Source: Candidatus Latescibacterota bacterium | GTDB lineage: Bacteria; Latescibacterota; UBA2968 | Assembly: GCA_965205975.1 (NCBI GenBank) | Contig: OZ242195.1 | Location: 1,216,001 to 1,280,000, forward strand | Direction of reading: 5' to 3' | Length of the DNA: 64,000 nucleotides | Part shown: positions 10,001-18,539 of the stretch, piece after piece | Numbering within the stretch: the stretch's first letter is position 1 | Layout of the letters: each line of letters starts with the position of its first letter | Translations under genes and position numbers: made by a program | The notes under the pieces: generated by a model | Told to the model about the DNA's origin: nothing | Database searches by the model: none | What the model saw: only the letters and a program-made list of their open reading frames with translations

Positions 10001-11509
10001 CGCAGTATTGCCGTGATCATCGGTCACGGTTACGGTAATTGTGGAAGTCCCATCCTGTGAGGGTCTGCCGGTGATGCGATTGCCACTTGATAAAGAGATA
10101 CCTGAAGGTGCGCCAGATATGGAATACGTATAGGGTTCCCAACCGCCGGATGCGGATAAATGAATCGGGGTAATCAGGTTGTCTTTTTCGACTGTTTTAT
10201 ACGCTATAGGTGAGACGCTCAGTGCTGGAGAAATGGTTATGTTCAGGGCATCATTACTCACACTCTGACCTGCTTCATCCCGCACTACGACTCTTACTGT
10301 GAAATCCCCATTCTCTGTTGGGGTACCTGTGAGGGTTCCCGATAGGTCATCAATATCCAGGCCATCGGGTGCGCCGTTTGTGTCTATGTGATATGTATAG
10401 GATGGTCGGCCTCCGGATACAATTATCCGAGGGGTCTGAGGAGGCGTAGATGTTAATGAGGTCCAGATGGAACTGTCTTCTGTGCCCTTTATATCTTCAG
10501 GCCATGTCACTGTCAATGGCGGCAAGACCGGCGTGGCACTCACACTGACGGACGCGCCATCACCAGTCGCATTCACCGCACGTATCTCGAAGGTGTACTC
10601 GGTGTCATTTGTCAGGTTATCTATTCTGTGACTGGTTGTGTTTGCATCACTGTCGGTAATATCTGTCCAGTCCGGAGAATAGGTGCTGCCGCTATCTTCG
10701 CTTTGTCGATACTGATAGGTCGTGATGCTCGCATTGTTCGGGTTGTCCCAACTCAGTGTGACGTGTTGATCCCCTGCCTCAGCAGCGAGGTTTGTCACCG
10801 CAACAGGTGCAGATACCGCTAATACTGGCGTGGCGTAAAAACGCTGTGTCGTGGGACCATTGCCCACACTGTTCACCGCATACAGGGTAAAGGCATATTC
10901 GAGGTTGTTGGTCAGATTAGTCACTGGATAGCTCATTGTAGTGCCATTGGTCGTGATCGCACTATTCGAGATTTCTGTCGTGCCCAACCATCCTCGTTCT
11001 GGATGCCTTGTGTTGTAGCGATAACGCGTGATAGTCGCGTCATTGGGATCATCCCAGCTTAGTGTCACCTGACCATTACCGGCTTGCAATGCAAAGTTGC
11101 CCGGTATGTGGGGCACGGCTGCAGGTGTGGCACTTACGGTGGCTGATGCTGCACCATCGCCTGCACTGCTGACTGCGCGTATCTGAAAATCGTATCTCCT
11201 GCCATTGGTCAGACCTGTCCTGATATAACGGATGGGAACACCGGGTCTATTGGCGTGCCTTTCATCGCTACCTACAATGTCTGTCCAATTTGACCAGGTG
11301 CTACCGCTATCTTCGCTCTGCTGATATTGATACTTTTCGATAGCAGACCCATTGTCAGAACCAGGTTTCCACTTAAACACGACCAGACCATTGCCTCTTT
11401 CCACAACAAATGATGCTGGCGCAGAAGGTGGCGAGGTTTGGGCAGCAACACGTCCAGAGATCAGGATAGCACTTATGACTATGGCAGGCAATACAGATTG
11501 TATCTTCAT
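7073..11509 (-). CDS. Large secreted protein: 3x FN3, multiple He_PIG/Ig-like repeats, central Vps62/NPP1-like domain, C-terminal dockerin-like EF-hand pair
   Basis: Signal peptide; FN3 motifs (GLTNGRRYDFQIRAVS); SASGG..Y.YS..GLSI..SG.ITGTPT repeats; YYYFYPFND..HEGDWQH; GDFNDDGMVD..DLDGDGTIGTPDFLIFVNHFG. Confidence 0.85.
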   Translation of the reverse strand: MKIQSVLPAIVISAILISGRVAAQTSPPSAPASFVVERGNGLVVFKWKPGSDNGSAIEKYQYQQSEDSGSTWSNWTDIVGSDERHANRPGVPIRYIRTGLTNGRRYDFQIRAVSSAGDGAASATVSATPAAVPHIPGNFALQAGNGQVTLSWDDPNDATITRYRYNTRHPERGWLGTTEISNSAITTNGTTMSYPVTNLTNNLEYAFTLYAVNSVGNGPTTQRFYATPVLAVSAPVAVTNLAAEAGDQHVTLSWDNPNNASITTYQYRQSEDSGSTYSPDWTDITDSDANTTSHRIDNLTNDTEYTFEIRAVNATGDGASVSVSATPVLPPLTVTWPEDIKGTEDSSIWTSLTSTPPQTPRIIVSGGRPSYTYHIDTNGAPDGLDIDDLSGTLTGTPTENGDFTVRVVVRDEAGQSVSNDALNITISPALSVSPIAYKTVEKDNLITPIHLSASGGWEPYTYSISGAPSGISLSSGNRITGRPSQDGTSTITVTVTDDHGNTAERSFNMSVYSIELAEKFSPILILTEHPSRENRRVIFPEPVEIMEATSVDGLWFYLDREGHEPIYVQYPASGWSPGLDSQMSFVNFSQNKFAFLPETFTYVGSPPSSALSNTYQVTAHFEYPGVREDNDGGTSKNWYHYYFSTTHPKRGAALGFPNTAYVHIFDKGDGNVVIQYYYFYPFNDFQNNHEGDWQHINVIVNSFNPGMAQLVGIDYKFHGNGLTYTSIGGRVFDPQTHFAPAEGGTHPVVYVGAGSHGGYPTGDTYPDPGGYIDLGPIEAGGWDEGMTKSGVVLSTNVEDTNPDVAQSYDLIFLPNLDPGQPNKGLSPEMSWLGTGARWGTLEVDSPGSGLPNERLQKTNDSPVGPFHNGSWGTSGASGYSFFKVPYGEFIGDPPEQRRISYNSKRWFQQFPIVQNVTWRDTIKLIGDIVVYPGATLTIDAGTTIKAYPNRDIHSMKDSNRVDIINYGTINANGTSSQPIVFRSDSSSPASGHWYGIRNHGNLTMSHFTIQHSVVGLDLQGTQTLTDMTLSNNTRNNTTPLTIASIADVTATQNVAITDISVNASGGWGTYTYSTSDLPSGIVFDQNGVLLTGRPKATGESDITVTVRDAVGGEASTTFNLSVSAAPTALSISVIADVVATQDVRINPIQVRASGGSGSYTYWIGSNRPPASSPLPAHNPPTGSGLSIDSNGRITGTPTASRDFTITVAVRDGVGSRDLPTQVSRPFTMRVRPRVTVSAIGNITVTQNTAITPIQVSASGGQTSYEYSLSSDPAGSGLSINSSSGRITGTPTQTGTFTLTVTVTDDHGRTGTRSFSLTVNAPTPISTLTVAEISDITVKISGVQTNSPITPIQVSASGGQTPYTYSLSSNPATGSGLSINASSGQITGTPTARGTFTLTVTVTDNASATATESFSMAVSLIGDFNDDGMVDTADHLLFVAAFGLSEGDDGFNADMDLDGDGTIGTPDFLIFVNHFGSSA

Positions 11510-11815
11510 CTTAAATTTACCTCTTTTTTTGAGAAGTTGAGTGGTGAATGCGGTGCGGAGTTCATTTGTATTTCAGACATTTCTTTGTATTTTTATTTTC
11601 CATTTTTATCCGTACATGATTATCACCTGTCCTTATAGATTAAATAAATTTTAGAAGTCTAATTCATTGTTTGGAAATAGGCTACATTATTTAATGCTTT
11701 TTGTCGAGAATATTTTTTCACACGATTCACACAGTTTCTACATACGTTTGCAAATGAGGATATGGCTATCGGGCTATCCACACCTTTGAAACAGCTATAT
11801 ATGGACGCTATCTTC

Positions 11816-11859
11816 TTGACTGGATCTCCAGGTTTTTATATATTTAGTCCTGGCTAAAT
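11816..11859 (+). promoter_or_regulatory. sigma70 promoter with overlapping DtxR/MntR-type operator for the tro operon
   Basis: TTGACT(11816)-17 nt-TATATT(11839); palindrome ATTTAG-TCCTGG-CTAAAT at 11842-11859. Confidence 0.7.
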
Positions 11860-11912
11860 TTTATTTTAGCAGCACTATAAGAAGTATTGTAGGCATGTAT
11901 AACGGAGGGTGT

Positions 11913-12827
11913 ATGTACAGATTTTTTATTATGGCTGGTGTATTATTGCTGTGCGCGTGTGGTGGTGGCGAAACGCCGCCGGTTGAACAAGACAAAAAGC
12001 TGGTGGTGTGTACGACCGGGATGGTCGGCGATCTGGTGCGCCATGTTGCGGGGGATCGCGCAGAGGTGATTTCTCTGATGGGACCTGGGATTGATCCGCA
12101 TTATTACAAGGCGACGCAGGGCGATTTGCAGAAACTGTCTCGAGCAGATGTGATATTTTACAATGGTCTTTTTTTGGAAGGCAAGCTGGAAGGTATTTTT
12201 GAAAAGATGGCGCGCAGCAAGACGGTAATTCCCATATCGCGGGATATTCCCAAAGACAGACTGCGAAAACCGGTTGCTGGACAGGGAGAGCACGATCCGC
12301 ATATCTGGTTTGATGTCAGCATGTGGGCAGAAACGCTGCCCGTGGTTGTTCAGACACTGAGTGAGATTGACGCCAAAGGTGCCGACGTATTTCGCGCCAA
12401 TGCCGAGGCTTATCGCAAGCAATTGCTCGATCTCGATGCCTGGGCAAAGGAGCAGATTGCGCGCATTCCCAGCGATCAGCGCGTGCTGATTACGGCACAC
12501 GATGCCTTTGGATATTTTGGCCTTGCTTACGGTATTGAAGTGCGCGGGCTTCAGGGGATTTCAACTGTGGCCGAATACGGCGTCAACGATGTGTCCCTGC
12601 TGGTAAATTTTATAGTCAAACGACAGGTGAAAGCCATTTTTGTGGAAAGCAGTGTGCCCGAGCGTTCGATCAATGCTGTGCGCGAAGGGTGCAAAGCGCG
12701 AGGGTGGGATGTAGCAATTGGAGGTACGCTGTATTCCGACGCAATGGGACCTGCGGGCAGTGGAGCCGATACGTACATCGGTATGGTGCAGTCAAATGTG
12801 AACACAATTGTCGAGGCGTTAAAATAA
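11913..12827 (+). CDS. troA: Mn/Zn/Fe ABC transporter substrate-binding lipoprotein (TroA/MntA)
   Basis: Lipobox LCAC; GIDPHYY, DPHIWFD, TAHDAFGYF; start placed after GGAGG (track start 11895). Confidence 0.92.
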   Translation: MYRFFIMAGVLLLCACGGGETPPVEQDKKLVVCTTGMVGDLVRHVAGDRAEVISLMGPGIDPHYYKATQGDLQKLSRADVIFYNGLFLEGKLEGIFEKMARSKTVIPISRDIPKDRLRKPVAGQGEHDPHIWFDVSMWAETLPVVVQTLSEIDAKGADVFRANAEAYRKQLLDLDAWAKEQIARIPSDQRVLITAHDAFGYFGLAYGIEVRGLQGISTVAEYGVNDVSLLVNFIVKRQVKAIFVESSVPERSINAVREGCKARGWDVAIGGTLYSDAMGPAGSGADTYIGMVQSNVNTIVEALK

Positions 12828-13612
12828 TGTTACACGCAGTTGATGAATCGGTGACGCCCATTCATATTCACGATATGACGGTGGCGTATCACAAGAAACC
12901 CGTTCTTTGGGATGTCGATCTCGCCGTGCCAGAAGGCAAACTCGTGGGGGTTGTGGGTCCCAATGGCGCGGGCAAGAGTACGATGATCAAAGCCATTATG
13001 GATCTCGTGCCCAAGGCTTCGGGGTGGGTCCACATCTACGGCAAGCCCTATTCGCGCATGCGCCAGGCCATTGGCTATGTGCCGCAACGCGAGTCAGTGG
13101 ATTGGGATTTTCCCATCAATGCCTTAGATGTGGTGCTTATGGGACGTTATGGGCACGTTGGGTGGGTGAGACGTCCGGATAAAATTGATAGAGAACTGGC
13201 CGAGGAAGCACTTGAAAAGGTCGGTATGACCGATTTTGGGCATCGGCAGATCAATCAGCTTTCGGGAGGCCAGCAACAGCGGGTTTTCTTGGCTCGAGCC
13301 CTGGCGCAAGATGCACAAATTTATTTAATGGACGAACCCTTTGCCGGCGTGGATGCGGCGACCGAACGCGCCATTATTGATATTTTGATGGATCTAAGGG
13401 CGCGAAAAAAGACCATGCTGGTTGTACATCACGATTTGCACACAGTGAACCAGTATTTTGACTGGCTGGTTTTGATCAATATGCGGATTGTTGCCGCGGG
13501 CGAGACGAGAGGTGTGTTCACTGAAGATAATTTGAATAAAACCTACGGCGGGCGGTTAACGGTTCTTTCCGAAGCCGCACAGGCTGTTGCCCATCATCAA
13601 CGGGGTTTATGA
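12827..13612 (+). CDS. troB: Metal ABC transporter ATP-binding protein
   Basis: GPNGAGKST, LSGGQQQRVFLARALAQ, MDEPF; ATG overlaps troA stop. Confidence 0.93.
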   Translation: MLHAVDESVTPIHIHDMTVAYHKKPVLWDVDLAVPEGKLVGVVGPNGAGKSTMIKAIMDLVPKASGWVHIYGKPYSRMRQAIGYVPQRESVDWDFPINALDVVLMGRYGHVGWVRRPDKIDRELAEEALEKVGMTDFGHRQINQLSGGQQQRVFLARALAQDAQIYLMDEPFAGVDAATERAIIDILMDLRARKKTMLVVHHDLHTVNQYFDWLVLINMRIVAAGETRGVFTEDNLNKTYGGRLTVLSEAAQAVAHHQRGL

Positions 13613-13613
13613 G

Positions 13614-14900
13614 GTGATTTGGGACGCGACATTTCAACTGGTTTTGCTCGGCTCGCTGTTGATTGGGGCGACATCGGGTACGTTGGGAGCATTTGCCGTG
13701 TTGCGGCGGCGTAGCCTTTTGGGCGATGCGCTGGCGCATGCAGCACTTCCGGGTGTTGCGCTGGCATTTCTGTGGTCACAGAGCAAGGCATTGCCCATAC
13801 TACTTTTGGGCGCGACAGTTTCCGGTGTGGTGGGCGTGCTTATTATTGAGGCTATTGTCAATTATACGCGCATCAAATCAGACGCTGCGCTGGGCATTGT
13901 TCTTTCGGTATTTTTTGGTGGGGGAATTGTGTTGCTCACGCATATTCAACAAAGCGAGGTGGGCAATCAAAGTGGTCTGGATAAATTTCTTTTTGGGCAG
14001 GCGGCTTCTATTGTGCGCACAGATCTGTATGTGATGTGCATCGTGTCTGCGCTGGTTATGATTGCAGTTTTTCTTTTTTTTAAGGAGTTTAAGGGGCTCA
14101 TTTTTGATGCGGAGTTTCTATCTTCACTGGGATTTTCCCAGCGTGTGGTCGATCTTTTGTTGATGGGCTTGATCGTGCTTACCGTTATGGTGGGGCTTCA
14201 GGCTGTGGGGGTTATTCTCATTGCTGCGATGTTGATTACCCCGGCTGCTGCTGCGCGGTTTTGGACAGACCGGCTGCATGTGATGGTGCTGGTATCGGGC
14301 ATTTTAGGCGCGTTATGCGGTGCGCTGGGCGTTGGCCTGAGCGCGCTGGCACCCCGAGTCCCAACGGGGCCAGTGATGGTGCTGGTTGCTACGGCTGCAT
14401 TTCTCATTTCTGTGCTGATTGCTCCCAGACGCGGGGTGCTGGCCAGATGGGCGAGGCTCAGGGCAAATGCGTTGCGGGAGAATGGTCAGCATTTTTTGCG
14501 GGCATATCTCGCGTTGCAGACGCAGGACAAGGAGGAGGTCGTATTGGCGGACCTCGCCAGCGAGCTTCAGTTACCACTTTATCGCATACGTCGGCTTGCA
14601 AAGCGTCTCGCGCGCGATAGGTGGGTGAACCTGCACAATGGTGCGTGTTCTTTGACGGAATTGGGACACAAAGAGGCGAATTTTGTGGTAAAGTCCCATC
14701 AGCTATGGGAATATTATCTGGTTTATCGGTCTATCCTGGAGGAGGATCACGTGGATAGGCCCGCCGATGAGGTCGAGCATATTTTAACGCCTGAGATTAT
14801 TGAACAGCTTGAACTAATTCTGGCACAAGAAGATATAGATGTTTCGGGAGATATCCACAAAACGCATAGCGGTTATCGGAGGACTGGCAAAGATGGGTGA
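13614..14900 (+). CDS. troC: Metal ABC permease with C-terminal DtxR-like domain
   Basis: LLGDALAHAALPG; tail with wHTH and SHQLWEYYL..ADEVEH; GTG start assumed. Confidence 0.88.
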   Translation: MIWDATFQLVLLGSLLIGATSGTLGAFAVLRRRSLLGDALAHAALPGVALAFLWSQSKALPILLLGATVSGVVGVLIIEAIVNYTRIKSDAALGIVLSVFFGGGIVLLTHIQQSEVGNQSGLDKFLFGQAASIVRTDLYVMCIVSALVMIAVFLFFKEFKGLIFDAEFLSSLGFSQRVVDLLLMGLIVLTVMVGLQAVGVILIAAMLITPAAAARFWTDRLHVMVLVSGILGALCGALGVGLSALAPRVPTGPVMVLVATAAFLISVLIAPRRGVLARWARLRANALRENGQHFLRAYLALQTQDKEEVVLADLASELQLPLYRIRRLAKRLARDRWVNLHNGACSLTELGHKEANFVVKSHQLWEYYLVYRSILEEDHVDRPADEVEHILTPEIIEQLELILAQEDIDVSGDIHKTHSGYRRTGKDG

Positions 14901-16167
14901 GTTTTGGGGACCATTTTGGATTGTACTTGCAGGTGCGCTGGCCGGGGCTTCGTGTGGTCTGTTGGGCGCGTATCTCGTGTTGCGCAAGATGTCGCTTTTG
15001 GGCGATGCACTAAGCCATGCTGTTTTGCCGGGCATTGTTATTGCGTTTCTACTTTCGGGCAGCCGCGATGTGATTCCGATGTTTATTGGTGCTGCTATAT
15101 GTGGGGTGATTGCCACGGTGTTGATCGAGACATTTCACCGCAGGTGGCGCGTGCAAGAAGACTCGTCAATAGGCATTACTTTCACAGCGCTTTTCGCGCT
15201 GGGAGTCGTTTTGATCACGGCATTTGCCGGGCAGGTCGATCTCGATCAGGAATGCGTGCTTTACGGAGAGATCGCGTACACGCCCTGGGATCGCCTATTC
15301 TGGGGAGAATGGGATCTGGGACCGCGTCCGATATGGATTCTCGGAACAGTATTTGCGCTTAATATCGCGCTTGTTCTGGTGTTCTACAAAGAACTTTTGA
15401 TCTCGTCTTTCGATGCCGAGATGGCACTTTCTGTGGGCGTGAGTGCCGCGCTGGTTCATTATATGCTGATGGGAGCCGTTTCTGTAACAACAGTAGCCGC
15501 ATTTGAGTCCGTAGGGGCTATTCTCGTTGTGGCAATGCTGATTGTTCCCGGCGCCTCGGCTTATTTGTGGAGTGATCGGTTAAAAGTTATTTTGAGCCTG
15601 TCTGCGTTGATGGGCGTTATTTCCGCAATTGCCGGGTATTTTCTCGCAGGGGTTTGGAATAGTTCTATTGCCGGGGCTATGGTTGTCGTTATGGGTGCGC
15701 TGTTCGCGCTTTCCCTGATTTTTGCACCCCACTATGGGCTGCTGGGGCGATTTGTGCGGCGGGTGCGACTCTCTTTGAAGGTTGCGCGAGACCACGTTTT
15801 GTTGAAGTTGCTTCGAGATAGGGAATCGCAGCGCGTCTCTGCCCTCAGTTGGGGCGATCTCGTCGATACGGCGGCGCGTTGGGTATCCGGTATTGCGATT
15901 CGGTCGTTGATCTGGCAAGGGTTGATCACGCGGAAAAATGGACATTTTTCACTGGGAGAACAGGGCGTTATACACGCGACCAGATTGCTCCGCAATCACA
16001 GGCTTTGGGAGTCCTACCTGAACCAATTGGGGCTTCCGCCAGATCATGTACACGCTCCTGCCGACGCGCTGGAACACTTTACGGATGACCACTTGCGGGA
16101 AGAAATTCGAGCGGCATTGCCCAATATCGCAACCGATCCACAGGGCAAGCGCATTCCCGATGGATAG
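14893..16167 (+). CDS. troD: Metal ABC permease with C-terminal DtxR-like domain
   Basis: LLGDALSHAVLPG, VDLDQECVLYGEI; tail NHRLWESYL..ADALEH..DPQGKRIP. Confidence 0.88.
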   Translation: MGEFWGPFWIVLAGALAGASCGLLGAYLVLRKMSLLGDALSHAVLPGIVIAFLLSGSRDVIPMFIGAAICGVIATVLIETFHRRWRVQEDSSIGITFTALFALGVVLITAFAGQVDLDQECVLYGEIAYTPWDRLFWGEWDLGPRPIWILGTVFALNIALVLVFYKELLISSFDAEMALSVGVSAALVHYMLMGAVSVTTVAAFESVGAILVVAMLIVPGASAYLWSDRLKVILSLSALMGVISAIAGYFLAGVWNSSIAGAMVVVMGALFALSLIFAPHYGLLGRFVRRVRLSLKVARDHVLLKLLRDRESQRVSALSWGDLVDTAARWVSGIAIRSLIWQGLITRKNGHFSLGEQGVIHATRLLRNHRLWESYLNQLGLPPDHVHAPADALEHFTDDHLREEIRAALPNIATDPQGKRIPDG

Positions 16168-16231
16168 GATATCCTTGCTTGTATGTGAGGTTTATCTTAC
16201 TTTTGTTTCATAGCTATTTAGGGGAAGGACA

Positions 16232-16909
16232 ATGATTAGTCAATCGTCACAGGACTATTTGAAAACGATCTACAAGCTGACACACGGGCAAAATCCCGTT
16301 GCATCTGTGACGACTTCTCTCATTGCAGAGCACAGGGCGGTTGCTCCCGCTTCGGTCACCAATATGCTCAAGAAACTCGCCGCGATGAAATTGGTGGAAC
16401 ACACGCCCTATCAGGGCGTTGTACTCACATCGACTGGAAAACGCATTGCCCTTGAGGTTCTTCGCCACCACCGTTTGCTCGAGCTTTACCTATCCGAAGT
16501 GCTGGGATTTGATCTGGATAAGGTCGATGAAGAGGCGGATCGGCTGGAGCATGTGATTTCTGAGGAGTTTGAAGATAAAATTGATCGAATGCTGGGGTAT
16601 CCAACAGTCGATCCGCACGGCGCGCCGATTCCGCGTAAAGATGGTTCGATAGAGTACGACCATTATCTGTGTTTGTCAGATATTCCAGCGGGGGAAAATG
16701 TACGCGTGCGGCAGGTGAGTGATCAAAGTGCGGAGATGTTGCGCTATATGGCGACGATGGATATTAAACCGAATGTCGAGATCAAGGTGGTGGGGCGCGC
16801 GCCTTTTAATGGGCCGCTGGAAATTGTGGTCAATGGCGAGGCCACGTATTCTCTCGGCCTTGAAGTGGCTGCACATATTTATGTTTCATCATTGGGGGAA
16901 GATGGTTGA
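16232..16909 (+). CDS. troR: DtxR/MntR/TroR-family repressor with FeoA-like SH3 domain, probably Mn-sensing
   Basis: QDYLKTIY, RHHRLLELYL, EADRLEH, DPHGAPIP. Confidence 0.9.
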   Translation: MISQSSQDYLKTIYKLTHGQNPVASVTTSLIAEHRAVAPASVTNMLKKLAAMKLVEHTPYQGVVLTSTGKRIALEVLRHHRLLELYLSEVLGFDLDKVDEEADRLEHVISEEFEDKIDRMLGYPTVDPHGAPIPRKDGSIEYDHYLCLSDIPAGENVRVRQVSDQSAEMLRYMATMDIKPNVEIKVVGRAPFNGPLEIVVNGEATYSLGLEVAAHIYVSSLGEDG

Positions 16910-18527
16910 TATGGGTAGGGTTGTCCTTTTGTTGGCGATTGTTTTGTTGTCGGGCGGATCTGTGCATGCACAAGTACCGCCCATTTTTGCGCCCGGTACC
17001 GAACAGCACGATATTTATTGCCGCGCATGTGCCCATTTTTTTCCCGAGGTTTTGCCTGCAGACAGCGAGTTTCGACTGGATAGAGCTATTTGTGGGACAT
17101 CGGCAATAAGGGGGTTGACCGCAAATTGGGATCGTTTGCCTCCCGCTGCAAAGGAGGCATTTGCGTTTCTCCAGCAGCGTCCCATTTTGAGTCATTCAAT
17201 TCTGTCTTCGGAGGGGCGTTTCAAAATTCACTACAATACGACGGGGACACACGCTGTTGCTCCAATCGATGCAGATGCCAATGGCGTTCCGGATTATGTC
17301 GATGAGGCCGCGCGCGTTTTTGAGTCGGTTTGGGACCTGGAGATCAATCAGTTGGGCTACAATCCCCCTCCATCCGATGGCGATGGTGTTTACGACATTT
17401 ATATCAAAAATCTCGCCATTCAGCAGGCTTATGGTTTTACATATCCAATTGCATATACGGAATTGACAACGCCGAGTTATATGGAGATTGACAATAATTT
17501 TACGGATAACATTTACCCTGTGAATTCACGCGGATTCAACGGGTTGCGCGTGACGGCTGCACACGAGTTTTTTCACGCGATTCAATTTGGGTATTATGCC
17601 GATTTTGCCGCTGCGTGGTGGCAGGAACTCACGGCGGTATGGATGGAGGATGTGGCCTATCCCGACGTGAATGATTTTTATCAGTACCTGAGTTGCCCGA
17701 GCAACTTTTCGTGTTTTTACGACGATCCCGAAGCGTCATTGGTAAAATTTTCTAACAGTCTTCATCCTTTCGGCGCGTCGATTTTTGCCCACCATGTGGA
17801 GCAGGTGTACGGTGCCGATGTGATTAAAAGCGTTTGGGAGTTGCTCAGAAGACGCGATCCGAGTACATATAGTTTGTCGCTTATTGATGACGGGATGCCT
17901 CTGGACGGATTTGCGCAGGTGATGCCGCGGTTTGCCGCGTGGAATTATTTGACTGATGTGCGCACGCGCCCCGGGTATTATGTTGAAGCGCGCGATTTGC
18001 CTTCAATAAAGCATGCCAATATTGTCCTCGGCACAGGTGGCTCTTTTGAAGGGTCTGAGACGATAGATCATTTGGGGACGACATATTTGCGCGTAGATAC
18101 TTCAAATATCTTTGGTGGGCTTCGGGGAACATTTACACTGGACGACCGCGGGCAGTGGAAGTTACTGGTTATGCTGATTTCTCCATCTGGGGTTGAGCTA
18201 TTGTACCCGCGCGGGACAACGGTGGTGATTCCCAGAGCCAATCGTTTTGCCGAGGTGGTATTTATTGTGATGGAGACATCGCTTTCGGGAGAAAGGCGGC
18301 GTGTGAATTACACGCTGTCAACAGGCGGGAGTACGGCGACGGATCTCGTATGCGATGTCGATGGCGACGGGCGCGTTGCATTTTCCGATTTCCTGCGCTT
18401 TGCGGATGGTTTTAAGCGCTTGCACACAGATAATAATTACGATCCAAAATTGGATTTCAACGGGGATGGGCCTGTTGATTTTCGCGATTTTCTCATTTTT
18501 GTTTCCCATTTTGGTGAATCGCGTTAA
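16902..18527 (+). CDS. Secreted zinc metalloprotease (MXAN_6640-like) with C-terminal dockerin-like domain
   Basis: Signal peptide, FKIHY, NGVPDYVD, TAAHEFFHAIQFGY (HExxH), DVDGDGRVAFSDFL..DFNGDGPVDFRDFLIFVSHFG. Confidence 0.8.
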   Translation: MVDMGRVVLLLAIVLLSGGSVHAQVPPIFAPGTEQHDIYCRACAHFFPEVLPADSEFRLDRAICGTSAIRGLTANWDRLPPAAKEAFAFLQQRPILSHSILSSEGRFKIHYNTTGTHAVAPIDADANGVPDYVDEAARVFESVWDLEINQLGYNPPPSDGDGVYDIYIKNLAIQQAYGFTYPIAYTELTTPSYMEIDNNFTDNIYPVNSRGFNGLRVTAAHEFFHAIQFGYYADFAAAWWQELTAVWMEDVAYPDVNDFYQYLSCPSNFSCFYDDPEASLVKFSNSLHPFGASIFAHHVEQVYGADVIKSVWELLRRRDPSTYSLSLIDDGMPLDGFAQVMPRFAAWNYLTDVRTRPGYYVEARDLPSIKHANIVLGTGGSFEGSETIDHLGTTYLRVDTSNIFGGLRGTFTLDDRGQWKLLVMLISPSGVELLYPRGTTVVIPRANRFAEVVFIVMETSLSGERRRVNYTLSTGGSTATDLVCDVDGDGRVAFSDFLRFADGFKRLHTDNNYDPKLDFNGDGPVDFRDFLIFVSHFGESR

Positions 18528-18539
18528 GGGAGTAACGCT

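Noticed and set aside
11865..11879. Second tro operator TTTAG-CAGCA-CTATA
   Set aside because: Spacer is one base shorter and one arm is imperfect; too weak to call
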